Assembly: GCA_973895155.1 (NCBI GenBank)
Contig: OZ316895.1
Location: 8,296,184 to 8,360,183 of the forward strand
Reading direction: 5' to 3'
Length of the DNA: 64,000 nt
From: Marsupella aquatica
Lineage: Eukaryota > Plantae > Marchantiophyta
Part shown: positions 1-13,200 of the stretch, piece after piece
Numbering within the stretch: position 1 is the first letter of the stretch
Layout of the letters: the number at the start of each line of letters is the position of its first letter
Position numbers and translations under genes: made by a program
Notes under the pieces: generated by a model
What the model was told of the DNA's origin: nothing
The model's database searches: none
The model's input: only the letters and a program-made list of their open reading frames with translations

Positions 1-120
1 CAGAATATTCACACGCGCACCCACTTATGGAACGCCAAGGTGCTTACCTCACACTGATGCCGGCATTGCATTGACCATCCTGACATAGACAACAAATCTA
101 GGTCACTCAGCACGATGTAC

Positions 121-331
121 CTTGCGCAACACTACTCCGCGAGGCCGCTTTGCAATATCCGCAGGTGCTGCTGTAGACACCCTGATCTTCCACAACGCTC
201 CTCGTTCGCGGCTGCTGCTCGCGAGTCGACGAACTCCTCCCCGCCCCACCCCCACTGCTACTAGCCTCCGTGGCAGTCGTCGTCGTTGTGGTGCCGCTGC
301 TACTCTTCTCTCCCGAACCTGTCCCCCCCAT
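121..331 (-). CDS. ATE1: First coding exon of arginyl-tRNA-protein transferase (N-degron pathway); the gene continues beyond the left edge of the window
   Basis: MGGTGSGEK...SVVEDQGVYSSTCGYCKAASRSSVAQG resembles the plant ATE N-terminal SVV-D-G--STCGYCK motif. The similarity ends at a G|GTAC splice donor at 121/120. Confidence 0.75.
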
Positions 332-1536
332 GATCTCTACCACCGGACCCTTTCTCTCGAGAGGTAAATGGATCAATCAAACCAAGCAATCAATTCACCG
401 ATCAACCGAACAATCGATCGATCCTCTCGGAAATTCTAACAATCCACACCACTCCGTCCCATGGCAGCGTCGAGGTCGAATAACAGAGCGCCCAAACAGA
501 GGCCCCACGGCCACAACCTCAATCTCCGTTCGCGTGCAATTCAATTAATGCCTCATCATCGCCGTAATGTCCTTCGCAATTTCATAGCCTCAAACTCAGT
601 TCGTAGGCAATTCAATTCAATTCAATGCCTCATAATAAGAGAAACGTCCTTCGCAACTTCATCGCCTCAAGCTCTCACCCCTGGTGATCCATTTGCCTCT
701 CTGTTTCTCGGTTTCTGTCTCTCTGTCTCTCGTCTACGGCAGCGACCTTCATGGATGGCTATCAGAATGAACTACTATGTACAGAGCAATTCGATCGATG
801 GCACCGGTAAGCGCTCAGCCAATCTTTTCGAGCTATTTACAAGGAGAGTGACTTTCGTTGCAAGACAAATTGAGAAAGCGTGATGTCTGCCTGCATCTCT
901 ACTACCGTAGTGCCATCCACGTGTGCACACTAAATAAAAGATTATTTTAAGTTTAGGCTCGACTAACAGCATAATATATGTCACAGTGCCAAGGGCAGAA
1001 AAGGTCGAACCTGGAGAGAGGATCCCAAAGTCAAAGTAACCCAATAAGTTAAAATAGCTATGTCTTAGAACGAACAAGCTATATAACCCAACGAAGAGGA
1101 GGAAAAGAGGGGAAAGGAAAATTTGTGTTCGTGTGAAAGCTGAAGCTTGAAAGAATTTTGGCATGTCATTTTAACAATAATCTGAGCATCCTGATGTAAA
1201 CACTGATTGTTCACAGTATACATTTTTTTTTCGTAAATTGATAACTTAATGGCAGGAAAAAACTATTCTGGCCCTGAGTTGTTTTCCGGAACTGGAAGCC
1301 TGGATGGACACAGGATTTTGTTGCCACTACCCGGATGGACACAACCTCATGACACTGTAAGAACAATCACCAATTACACCCAAAAATGGATTACTGTCTC
1401 TCATTAACGGAAGGCAACCCTGCTTTAGACACTAAGTTGGGTTAGACGGTCACCACTTTCCTTCCATCGCCCAACAAGCGTGCTGCAATAAGGCTTGAGG
1501 CGGGGCTTGAGGTGACAACTTACTGTTGGCTACGAG

Positions 1537-1620
1537 AAGCACGACAAGAGATTTAGAAGCACAAAAAGAGATTAAGAAGCACCAAGAGAGATGGAGTCTG
1601 CTACGAGCTAGAAGCACCAT
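1537..1620. repeat. Degenerate ~20-bp tandem repeat (agaagcac..aagagatt)
   Basis: Successive imperfect units: aagcacgacaagagattt / agaagcacaaaaagagatta / agaagcaccaagagagat. Confidence 0.5.
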
Positions 1621-2726
1621 CAGAGGATTGAGTCGGCTATTGTATATTGAGAGCTCAGGGTAACCATAGCTCTTATACAGGTAGTTGTGGTTTAAGTGTA
1701 ACTATTGATATTCTCTTACCAGAGCATTATGGGCAATAATAGCCTCTCAAAACTAGAGTTGAAACTCTTGTTTTGGGGGGCATTATATCCCACAATGCCC
1801 TGTAAATAGGACCCTCAAGATCTATGAGCACATCACATAACTATCTTAGGCAGTTTGAGTCAAAGTCTCCAACTCTAACCCAACACCCACTTTGGGTATC
1901 AAAAAAGATAGTCGGACCAAAACCAGTCTGAGTAAGAAGATTTGAGTTTCACAAGGTGCCGTGCAAGGAATTTTCCAACTGATAATGCATATTGGCTGTG
2001 TTCATTATAAAAATTAAAACTTTTGCTTATTGGGGATATTATGCTGTGTGAATCCCAGGTGGCCATTGTACATACCTTCCATGCACCCCCTCATAAAAAA
2101 AATCCTACCGTCCAAAAGACCACTTCCCTCCCTTACTTGTCACCCTCCCTTCCTAGTACCTCCCAACCAAAACAAAGAAGAGACAAGTAGTAGACCCATT
2201 GGGGAAAGTTTATGGCTAATACACCTCCAAACTTTCAAATAGACCCAGCCCTCACATACTCTTTAGCTTTCTCAACAGGCCCCTATGTATTGTACAACCT
2301 GTGTTGTTTGGTGGTAGATCAAGTTAGCTTAAAATTTCCAAGTTTTGGAAGCTTTCTTTGAAATAGAGTGTTACTGTATTCGATCAGTTTAGGTAGAATT
2401 TGTGCAACAGTGTTCCTGGCACAGGAGAGGTTTGAACTCAAGACTTGGATAGTTATATCACAGAGCTAGAAGCAAAAGGAGCTCAACTGGGAGACCCGCC
2501 CTCAAAGGCAACAGTCTAAATTAAAGGGAGAAACAAGGAAAAAAAATCCTAGGAAGACTTGCTAGCCACACATAGTTGTTACTAACTTGGTTGCTAACCA
2601 ACAAGTGGGAAACTTCAAACACATCAATTGGGCTTAAAGGGAATATACACATACTTTATATAGAAAAAAGCCAAATAGAGTACAAAAGAATAAACAAGAG
2701 AGGTCCCAAGTGGACAAAACCAAACG

Positions 2727-2826
2727 CAAAAGAAGTGAGCAAAAGGAAACCCTAAAGACCAAGAAAGAGGAACTAAAAGAAGTGAGCAAAAGGAAACCCC
2801 TAAAAACCAAGAAAGAGTAACTAAAA
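2727..2826. repeat. Two-copy ~48-bp tandem repeat in the 3' UTR of the non-LTR element
   Basis: aaaagaagtgagcaaaaggaaaccctaaa.accaagaaagag.aact occurs twice. Confidence 0.8.
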
Positions 2827-2878
2827 CTACCGCAAATGGACCGAGGTCCTCATCATACCTAGCAAATGTGGCTACAAG

Positions 2879-4567
2879 CTAGTGGTCTACATCAAGTGTC
2901 GAAACTAGATCGGCAAGTGGGACAGGAATGTCCTCTAGGGGGGCTAGCCGCTGCGGAGTCACACTAGCACCCACTGTCAGAGATCGACGATAGACGGCCC
3001 GAGCTTGAGCACGCTGTAAGGTGACTGAAATGCGTTGGCGAAAGTGCGTGGTCAAAACAGATAGCGGGGGCCCGGTGGGACCCATCCGGCCGTGAACATC
3101 CCGAGCAGCTTGGCGAAGAAGCCCGTCAAACTGATGATGAAGACGCCCAAATATCTCAAGAGCAAGGGGCAGGAAGCTATCAGATGAAGCTCGTGCAGCA
3201 TATTTGGCCTCCTTCGTTTGTGCTGCTCGTGATGCTGCTGCCCCTGCCGTTGTTGCCGCTGTCCCAATGATGTCTTGGCGCAATGGGTTTGCCACCACTA
3301 CATCTGCCAAAGTACGGTGACCGTCACGGACCATGGTAAGATCCACCCGTAACCGCTGTGATGGAGGACCAGGTAACTCGAGCACCACCTCCCGCCGCGC
3401 GCAGACCAAAGAGCCAGAGAGAACCTGAGCAGTCGCATCTCTCACAGCGTCGTGAACAAAAATGGTTTCGCCGCCCAAACTGCATCGAAGAAGATGGACA
3501 CCTGTGGCATCACAAGGCTTCCCACAAGTGCAAGTAGGAGGTAAACCAGCAAGAAGTGGGTGGGGCAAGCCCATACGAAGACGCATGGCTGTCGCAAACT
3601 CCGCTGAAGACATCCGCAGGTGAGGAATGACTGGATTGGCCTGAAGCCAGCCTCCTGCGCCCTTCCCTCCGGAAGAAAGAATCCGAGCTCGGTCCGTGTC
3701 AGGTGCCTCGGTGAGGATGCTGGAGAGGGTGAAAGCGTGCATACGCCCAGCAAGGTCTGCCTGAAGACGGACGGGGTCCAAGGATAAAAACTCCTGGAAT
3801 GAAGGTAACGCAGCTCGAACAGGATCGGGTAATGATGACCGAGCCGTGCGCAAATGAACCTGAAATGGGAGGGAACCCTCCTCGACCTCCATGAGAGATG
3901 AAAGTAAAAAAGGTCGATCCTCAGTAAGGAAACGATCTGCCAACAATGAGAAGGCGGCCGCCCACGCGCCCAAGAAGGCCAAAGGTGCAAGGCGCTCAGT
4001 GGAAGTAAGCCCAAAACCACCATGAGAAATAGGAAGACTGAGCTGTCGATGAAGCCACGGAGATGAGAGTAAAGTACCTGGCCCTAAAAGAGAGGCCAAA
4101 GTCTCACGAATGGAGACATCAAACGCTCGGAGGTGTAGAGAAAGATCCTCGGTAGGGGGATGTGTCCGAGCCAAATAGGACGCACGAGGGTGGATGCATC
4201 TCAATAACAACCCAAATGCTGCCTGAGAGTCTGCTAACTTAGGGAGCATAGGAGTAGGGGCTAAGGCAGCCTGGAGAGCGTCAGCAATGAAAGATGAGCA
4301 AAAGGAGGCGGTACCGACTGGGGAGCCAAGGACCCGAAGACCGTCGGCAGGACGTAAGAACCCAGGGGGAAGCGCAAGATCAGAGGGTAACCCAGCTGGA
4401 CTCCATGCACGACTCTTCACCGGCTGTACTCGTAAACCGAGGCCCAACAAATGGGTGGAAAGGGTGGCGAGGGCAGAAGTAACAGCAAAAGGTGGACCAA
4501 TGATGTGGGTGGAAAGGGTGGCGAGGGCAGAAGTAACAGCAAAAGGTGGACCAATGATGTGGGTGTC
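2879..4567 (-). CDS. Partial RT + zinc knuckle + restriction-like endonuclease ORF of the non-LTR element
   Basis: The 523-aa ORF is open upstream to about 4585. Motifs: CTCGKPCDATGVHLLRC, VHDAVRD, RVDL..TLADV, KEAKY, FLPLALEIFG, RISVTLQRAQA. Confidence 0.8.
   Translation of the reverse strand, partial: DTHIIGPPFAVTSALATLSTHIIGPPFAVTSALATLSTHLLGLGLRVQPVKSRAWSPAGLPSDLALPPGFLRPADGLRVLGSPVGTASFCSSFIADALQAALAPTPMLPKLADSQAAFGLLLRCIHPRASYLARTHPPTEDLSLHLRAFDVSIRETLASLLGPGTLLSSPWLHRQLSLPISHGGFGLTSTERLAPLAFLGAWAAAFSLLADRFLTEDRPFLLSSLMEVEEGSLPFQVHLRTARSSLPDPVRAALPSFQEFLSLDPVRLQADLAGRMHAFTLSSILTEAPDTDRARILSSGGKGAGGWLQANPVIPHLRMSSAEFATAMRLRMGLPHPLLAGLPPTCTCGKPCDATGVHLLRCSLGGETIFVHDAVRDATAQVLSGSLVCARREVVLELPGPPSQRLRVDLTMVRDGHRTLADVVVANPLRQDIIGTAATTAGAAASRAAQTKEAKYAARASSDSFLPLALEIFGRLHHQFDGLLRQAARDVHGRMGPTGPPLSVLTTHFRQRISVTLQRAQARAVYRRSLTVGASVTPQRLAPLEDIPVPLADLVSTLDVDH
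4452..4565. repeat. Exact 54-bp tandem duplication at the 5' truncation point of the non-LTR element
   Basis: tgggtggaaagggtggcgagggcagaagtaacagcaaaaggtggaccaatgatg at 4452-4505 and 4506-4559. Confidence 0.95.
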
Positions 4568-6089
4568 ATTAAAGGCTTTTGGGCTCTAACTTTGGTCTTT
4601 CTGGATTTTTCCCTTGTTCCGCCCCCCCTCCCTTAAATTGGTTTTTAGCCTTCAGGATCCTGTCCCCCGGGATGAGGCTTCTTGCTCTTTTGACAGTTAC
4701 TCATGGCCTTTGGTGCACTCTACCATCTGTTACATTTTTGTTTGCCACAGCTATATTGTAAAATGAATGCCACATTGTCAGTTTACACTCGTGTTTAAAC
4801 AGACTCAAAATCATATGCTGAACAAGGATTTGATCCAGCCTTTCAAGGGTGGACTCCACCATTCAATAATGCACATATATTACTGTAGCTTCGAAAGTTA
4901 GAGGAGAGGTACATGCAATCTACCCCTGTCTGACATGTAGTTTAATTTGACAGGATGGAATGCATGCTGATTGAAATGGTTGTTTGACTCTCTTTTTTGC
5001 CTTGAAACCAAAGGAGACCCATCAAACATAGGATAAACTATCTATTCCAGAGCATGCACCTCTATAGGGTGGTCACAAGGGGGTCATATTCAAGACCCAT
5101 CAAGCAGGATAAACTATCTATTCCGGAGCATAGGATGGAATGTTTGAGATGTCCTAAAGTTCCTAGCTTTTCTCAGTATGTGGCTTGAACTTCATAGATC
5201 ACACCAAACAATTTTCAGCTTAAAAGGAGTCCATCAAAATATTAAGTTGTATAAAAATTAACATTGTGCCATGAGTCAAGCAGTAGCACCTAATTGAATG
5301 AGAGTGCTATATGGTGAATCCATCTTCCAGTATTTTGTCTTATTCAAATTTCTTTTCTTGTGTATTTTAATTCAATGTGTCTTACCAAGGTGCATCCCTT
5401 GTATACTTTAGATTTTGAATTTAATCTGGCACCCCTCTAAATTTTTCAATCTTTGATATACTTTTGATCATCCACCCTTTAACAAAGCTCATGGAAGTTC
5501 TAGCCCTTAGTGAAGAAGAAATGATCTAATTAAAGTGCACTCCTCATGTCTTTAAGTTCTACTCATGGTTTTGTGTCCTAAATTTATGGTTTTAATTCAT
5601 TTGAGTGTCATTACCTAAGATAAGTACATAAGTATCTTTACTGGTGTATAGTATGTGCAGAACCCAATACCATAGACTTAAATTTTTCCTGTTCATTATT
5701 GCTTTTCTTTACATGTGTACTTTTATTCTTGTACCTTATGTGCACAACTTTTCAATGTCACTCTTCCTAATCCATGTCCTATTTATATTTGCCACAAAAA
5801 AACAGATCACCTGTATTTCACTAAAAAACTTAAACTTTTTGCTAGAGGACAAAATAACTTTTCATGTTCCAGGATGAGTATGCTATATATGGAGAAGGAC
5901 ACAACATTGACTGTGTTCAAAAAGTGTCATGTTACCGCATTACAAGAACCTTCATCGGTTCACCCGTCGGTAGGGCCTGATTCAGTCTAAAATCAATCTT
6001 TGGTGTCCATCAAGTCTAGAAGATGCATGAGAGGAAGGTGAACTATTTCTTTGCTTCTTTGCCTCATCTTAGCATTTATGTGCAATGCA

Positions 6090-6340
6090 TGAACATTGTT
6101 ACACCAATAATCACCTTCGAATTTATGTGCAACGGTGAGCATTGTTACACCAATAACTATCATCCACCTCACGGGCATTGGACTAGTTAGTGAAATGCAC
6201 CAATGACAATCAACAAGCAGTAAACATGAGCATTGCTCCACCAATGACAATTGTGCAACTCATTGGACTAGGTAGTGAAATGCACCAATGACTATTGTGA
6301 AACTCATTCGACTAGGTAGTGAAATGCATCAATGACAATG
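6090..6340. repeat. Degenerate local repeats upstream of the aldehyde oxidase gene
   Basis: attggactag(t/g)tagtgaaatgcaccaatgac occurs three times (about 6177, 6262, 6306); cattgttacaccaataa occurs twice. Confidence 0.7.
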
Positions 6341-7292
6341 GAGCAGCTAATAGTGCAATTCACTGGCATTACACTTTTCAGTGAAATGAACTCTGTTGCT
6401 AGTAGCTGCCTATAATGTAGCTGAGTCTCGCGATTCCAATCTGAGCTGAGGAAAAGCAATTCCAATGCAGTTTCATTGCTCTACAATTCTTTTGTTGTAG
6501 TGGAGGGCAGAGAGGATCCACTGTACACCTGATAGACCGATGAAACTTCCATCATCACAAGCATAACCAGTTGGTTTAGCTATCGTTCAATCTCAGAACC
6601 AGGTGATCGATATCCGCGTGACTATGGTACGTGCCCAGCTCACCTCCACGGATTCAAACTACCTCTAGCTTTGAAACAAGCGTCGTCCGTGTGAAGGTTG
6701 TCAAACAGTTCGAACTAATTTACAGTCTTCAGCAGTCAGTCCGAGCCACAGAAATTTCTTATTTGATGTTCCAATGCTTACAAATGAAAGCAGTCACGAA
6801 GCTATGTGTACTCATGAGTAGGGATTGTGACCAGGGACTTGCTCTCTTGCAGCATGAATGTTTTTGTTGGAGTTCCTAACATTATTTTGTAACGTTTCTG
6901 TGCCATAAGAAGCCCACATCGTGAGCGACAGAATGGTAAGCATAGTAGGCACTGCGTACGCTACTATGGGATGTGAGGGAATCAAATCAGTAACAATTTA
7001 ATCGTAGAAAAAAATTGTTATTGGTTATGTTTTTTGTGCTTTCACAAGTACGCAGATCATGGGGTGACAAATGGATTCTGATAATTATGCAATTTCATTG
7101 CATTGAGCAGACTACCTTACCAGTAAGCTGATAAATCGAGGATCGTCACGCTTCACATGGACTCAACGGACTAAATCGGTGATGCCCAGAGCTGGATTGA
7201 GATGAAGTGAAACGAGTTCTGGAGAATTGAGGATATTTTCAGGGGCAACAATTGATCGAAGGGGACTAGGGGAAGCTATCAATTAACCAATC

Positions 7293-10200
7293 ATGCCAGG
7301 GCATTTGGAGCTGGACGAGCATGACAACGAGATCAGCTTCGTGTTGAATGGCGAATTAGTGACAGTGGAAGATCCGCACCCTAGCTTGAGCCTCGGCGAT
7401 TTCCTGAGGCGCGAAAGGGGCCTCAAAGGTTTGCAGCAGCCATGTCGCCAAGGAGGATGCGGGGCGTGCACCGTTCTCCTCTCATCGCCACCAGAATTTC
7501 ATGCAACAGGGGGTGGAGGAGCCAAGTTGCCGACGCACAGGCCCGTCAATTCCTGCCTGAGGCCTCTCTGTTCTGTGGATGGCATGACTGTGACCACAGT
7601 CGAAGGCGTCGGGACTACGAAGACCGGGCTGCATCCTCTTCAGGAGCAGCTCGTGAGGGCCAATGGCACACAATGCGGATTTTGTAGCACTGGAATGGTT
7701 AGTGCGTCCTTCTTCGCCGAATTGGCTTGTTTTGAGCTGGAATTTATCTCGAATGTTTAGGCGTGTCGCAGCCTCTTCCTGCTGCAAATAGAAGCTTCCA
7801 TGACTACATTTGAACTGCTTCGATTCTGTACAGAAATTCAATAGTTTGACTTAACCTTCCCTGCTTCAAAATGGCAGTTCTAACATGATATCTACGTAAA
7901 ATGCCAGTCCCCCTTGCCTAGTCTTCATTCTGAAGGAGTTTCATAACCTGATTTATCTTACATGATCAGAATCTTTCAGTCCCGGTATTGGAGCTTGACA
8001 TTTCCAGCAAGTCTCTTGGATTCTAACCAATTTCATCTGGTCGCATGTATTAAATCTAGCAGTGGATACTATGATTTGTATCTCTACATACAGTCACCAT
8101 TCTGACTGTTCATCTCATTATGATGCGTAATTCTCCTTGGAATACGTCTGAGAGTTGCAGAAGGATATGCCTGGATTCAAGGTGTTCTTGCTACTGCTTA
8201 CGGCTATGAGCTCCCTTCCATTGCACAGTTCCTGAACTTTGTGGTCAGAGAACCTTGTTTCAGTCATTCCTAAAGGAACACGTCAATTTCGCTCGTTTGC
8301 AGATCATGAGCATGTATGGGTTATTGAAAGAGACTCCTGTGCCCACACAACAGCAAGTAGAGGACCAACTCGATGGTAACCTATGCAGGTATAGTCACTT
8401 CCCTGATTAAGTCTTAGCTTGGTTCATTGTTGAATCGGAGGACTGGAGAATGTGAACCAGAATGGTGTACTAGTAAGAATTACGTCGTTGGTAAGACTAA
8501 TTCGCAAGCGTATTCTCAATGGTTGAAGAGTCTTAACGGCAATCGACTACTTTGCTTCATTTGATGGGTACTCGAACGAGAAGTGAACTTCTGGATGTCT
8601 CAAAACCTTAATCCCTGCTTCTACCCCTCTTAGATCAATTTTGATCCCAATCGTCTGTTTTGGTTGCGAAGATGCACAGGGTACCGACCTATTTTGGATG
8701 GATTCCAGACATTTTCCTGCCAGGAAAAAGGTAGTCTGGGACGTAACGGATGCCAGAAATTGTGCTCCGGGAAAAACTGTGGAGATATTGAAGAATCAAA
8801 TTTTAGCAGTGGATTCTGTAGAGTGCAACCTACGAAGCTTTTGACTTCTAAAGATGGCAAAACCTGGATGAGAGTTAGTTCCTTACCTCAGCTGTACTCA
8901 GCGCTGCGGAAAGGGAGAAGCAATGGAGGGGTAAGAATGCTCAGAGGAAATACTGGGACAGGGATCTACGAGCCTCCCAAAGCCAAGATGTTGGTAGATA
9001 TCTCCGGTATTCCAGAGCTATCAAACATAACCGTAAATGAAAATGGAATCACCATAGGGGGTGCGGTAACAATCACAGATTTTATGCTTGTTTTGGAAGC
9101 GAATGTTAATAAGTCGTCATCGTATGCCCCACTCTTGAAACATTTCCAACGGGTGAGTCTGACAACCTCAATAGTCTAAATTCTTTTGGCTTTAGCATTA
9201 TTGTCCTACGTCAATAAAAACAATTATAATCCACAGTCAGTCATTATATCTCTTCTTTAGACAACGACTGCTAAATATGATGGTTTATCTGATTCACATG
9301 TCCTGAGCATTACTGCAGGTGGCTCATCCTCAAGTCCGTAACGTTGGTTCCGTTGCTGGAAATTTGGCTTTGTGTCATGCACACCCTACCTTCCCTTCTG
9401 ATGCTGCAACAGTACTGATGGCAGCAGAAGTGCGTCTTAAATTGGGACATGCCGATAGGTTTGGACTGGAGCAGATGGTTAGTCTAAAGGAGTTCTTTCA
9501 GATATCTTTGCAGAATGTTGTGATCTTGGAAGTCCATATCCCAGTGGCGATGCCTACTACAACGAGTTTCATCACTTTTAAGGTTGCTTTGAGGAGAGTG
9601 AACGCACACGCTATTATGAATGCTGCCTTCAAGTTTGATGTGGACTCCGCTACTGGTAAGATGAACTATCCCTGCTTTCAGAATACTAACAGCAATTCAG
9701 ACTTAAAGCCACTCTGTCCTTAATGCAACCTGGTGATTGAGTATATCTCATTGTCTGTACTAGGGAAATAACGGTATTGCCCCGTTTAAGACCTTACCTA
9801 CAGGGTTTCGTCTGATGATAGCCCACTTCCAACCAGGACCACACCACTCGTGGACTGGGAGACTACCGCTACTTCAGCACGTTCAAATCCTTCGCCTGAA
9901 CAAATGAGGAATGAGGCTGTTCGCGAGGCTTTTTGTCGCAGTCTTTTTTCTGAATCTATGGGCGAGCTGAGAAGTGAGCAGATTAAATTGGTTGGGAAAG
10001 GCTTCCTTCCAACAGGAACTGCTGCGAAGTGTAGAAAGTCACCGTAAAATCTTGGGACTTGCCAAACAACCGCTAATACAGACAGCTAGCAGCGTACGGC
10101 TACTAGAAGATGATTGGCGCCACTTATTATTTCATGTATATTAGCCACAATGGTATAGACAAAGAGCCGGTCCTTACTAGTTTTGATCAGGCTCCTTAAA

Positions 10201-13200
10201 CTCTGTGATGCTTCGTTTACAAAGAAGGAAAAGCTACAACTTCTTTTACTAAATCCGAGATATTGAACTGGGTGTGATCTTGCTGGAACATGTCTACAGG
10301 AGTTGTGAAAGGTCCTCCTGTCGTCGTGTATGGTGGTGTCAAGGCATATCCACAACGCGCGAGTCAAACTGAGTCCTATCTTCAAGGAAAGAGTTATCTT
10401 GATGCTGGGGTGCTAATCTTACAATTCCCAGTCAATGAGCGCAAGAAGATCTCATGGGTTTTGCAAAATTCTACTTATTGCTCGCTGCTTTGGTAGAAGG
10501 TTCAATGAAAGCATTTGAATTGTTCTGGGCACTGTGGAATCACTGATATTAAAGTGTTCTTCTGTGTTGTAGGTTTTCGACCAAGCAGCCCAGATTCTTG
10601 CTTCTGAACTGGTTGTTGATCCCTCCTTAGGGAAAGCACAGTACCGCACCAGGTTGATTGGAGCTTTCTTTTACAAAGCCATGCTCTCTCTTTGGCCTGT
10701 AAGCTCAATCCCGCCACGTCTCCGATCATCAATTGAAGGGGTAACGATGCCTACACACTTTGCAATGTAGATGTTTAAGATGTGGCCTGAAGGAGCAGAC
10801 CTTAAAGACGTGATCTACAGATACAAATATTGCAGAGTAGATGATTTCCCAGGATATTAGTTGAATAACAGTCCAATCCAAAGAAAAGTTCAAAAACAAA
10901 CCTCTATTTCTGAATTTGGATTTTGGAAGTGCTTATGTGCTCCACTCATGACTCACTCTGGCATCCCAAAATGATAATTTGGTTTCCTTTTTGTAGTACG
11001 TCCGGCCCATCTCTACTGGAGAGATCTCTTTTGATGAGGTTTGTGGCCCCCTATAATTCATTTTCCACGTGTAAGCTTTAGTGCGATGAAAACAATTAGT
11101 GTTTTCCAGGGAAGCGTGCATATTCTGTATGACTACTTTTAATCTACTGCTCAGTCTTTGCTTGACTTTTATTGTTATATTGTCTGTCTCAGGGGGATCC
11201 ATCTCTATACCCTGTTTCCAAGGCTCTGCCAAAGTTGTCAGCCTCCTTACAGGTGAGAAATGTGCATCATTTCGACAACCATTCAAATCTCCTTTGCTTT
11301 CTTCCTGAGTAAGTATTTATGCTCTTTTTATGAAGAAATGGAGACAACAGGGTTTTTCTTTATGATGGACTTCTCGTCTCTTGCACCAGGTTACTGGAGA
11401 GGCCATATACCTAGATGACATAGAAATACCGGGGGAGCTACAGTCTGTATATGTTTTGTCAACAGTTGCAAACGCTACAATAAAAAGGATAGACCCTTCC
11501 AAAGCTCTAGCCAAGAAGGGTGTGAAGGCATTCTTGTCAGCTGACTCCGTTGCTGCCGATGGTTTCTGCAATCTAGCAAGGTGAGACATTTTTAAGTGAG
11601 ATGGTATCATTTTGGCTTAAAGGCAGGATGGTGAGCACTTTGCGATTTGAACCAAGCACCTCTGTAGGGAACAGCCAAAGCTCGGAAACCATGTTAGTAA
11701 GAGTCTAGGGTTAGTACTTTTTCGGAGTGTGTATCTGCCTGGTACATTTATTGCTGGATTGAGTTGGGGGCTGTGTCTCTTAAAAATGTGAAAGCCGTGA
11801 ATACTGGTTCTGCTCGTGACTTTTCTGGTTATTTTTCAGCGAAGATGAAGAGGTTTTTGCTTCAAACCTGGTCAAATTCTATGGTCAACCTGTAGGTCTC
11901 ATTGTGGCAACTTCAAAGGTATTCCTTCCTCTGTGCCTTGTCAACTACGAGTACCCAACTTCTAGCCACCTTTAGAGATGGCTTGCCTGCTTGTAAATGA
12001 TTTTCGCTATCAAATATAAAATTTTGCGCAGCTTCCCATTACAATTTTCATTACAATGCATCAGAGTCACCCGTAAACTGTGAATAGAATCAAACGACGT
12101 ATAATCATTTCAGTCGCATAGATCTGGAAAGGATTTTGATTCGGGGAATGCTAGTAACTTTGCTCATGTGCGTTGATCAGGAAATAGCAGATGCCGCTGC
12201 TAAACTAGTTGATATAGAGTACACAGATATCCGACCAGCCATTCTCACTATAGAGGATGCCATTTCTGCCAACTCCTTTTATGACGTAAGAGGAGCCGAC
12301 TGGCAAGCAGGTATATCTTTATTCGTGTGCTGAAGTGTTAGTTGCTGTTGCTATCAACTAGAGGTATTAACTTTTCTGGTATTGACAAAAAAGCTCCATG
12401 TTTCGTATTCTCAGGATCACCTCAAGATGCTCTCGAGGAGTCAGATGTTATCGTTGAGGGACAGGTCAGAAATCCCAATAGTAAATTTGAAATGTACTAT
12501 GCATAGAATAGGAGTTCGTGCAAAAATTGGTGTGGTTAGGTTACTCTAGGCTTGAAGGTTCCAGCTGCTGAGCAATTTCCTGTGGGACCTCTCCATTTTC
12601 TCTCTCATCCAGCATGGAAAGGAATCGATCCCGAGAGTACAAAAGCATATTCTATTATTCAAATAATTTGTCGGTGCTTGTGGATCAAGAAACATGATGG
12701 AAGCACATTGTTTCCCTTGGTGGGCTTTATAGGTCAGCACGGGTCACCAATACCACTTCCATCTGGAAACACAACGAGCAATTTGTGTTCCTAGCGAAGG
12801 CCAAGTCATGAAAGTTTACTCGTCTACACAGAACCCAAGTTTGGTAAGTCAGATCTCTTTTTATTCATCTGCCATGTCGTTTGAGAAAAAACCATATGTC
12901 GGTTAGATGCGCATGATAGAAAGCTGTATCTCCAGGAACTTTGAATCAGAACATTATTGTCCAAACGAATCTTGATTTGAATACAAGATTGGAACTCAAT
13001 CGAAACAGGAGATATGCTGAAGACCCCGTTAAGGGTTTCGAGTCCTCTGTGATGCACAGAGTCTGCACCACCTGCTGTGACGTTTATTTGCTTGTTCTTT
13101 CAGTTGTTTCCCATTCATGGTTTGGTGCCTTCTCTGTTTTCCAGGTTCAGCACTGTGTGGGAGTAGGCATCAACAAAGCACAACACAAGGTTGAGGTAAG

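Larger units (their letters stand above)
2641..4568 (-). mobile_element. 5'-truncated non-LTR retrotransposon with restriction-like endonuclease (CRE-like early-branching clade)
   Basis: The ORF contains the C-terminal RT region (DTHIIGPP, GLRVLGSPVG, QLSLPISHGGFG), a CxC-H-C knuckle and RLE motifs. A candidate 7-bp TSD, TTAAAGG, lies at 2634-2640 and 4569-4575. The 3' UTR holds a repeated ~48-bp unit. Confidence 0.8.

Noticed and set aside
49-79. AG...GT-bounded mini-exon as ATE1 exon 2
   Set aside because: It would need a ~40-bp intron, and its translation (GWSMQCRHQCE) does not resemble the expected ATE continuation.
461-1164. 140-aa and 129-aa ORFs upstream of ATE1
   Set aside because: No recognisable motifs; they overlap the probable 5' UTR/promoter and AT-rich DNA.
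2634-2641. TTAAAGG(G) target as a telomere repeat
   Set aside because: It only loosely resembles TTTAGGG/TTAGGG and is not tandemly repeated here.
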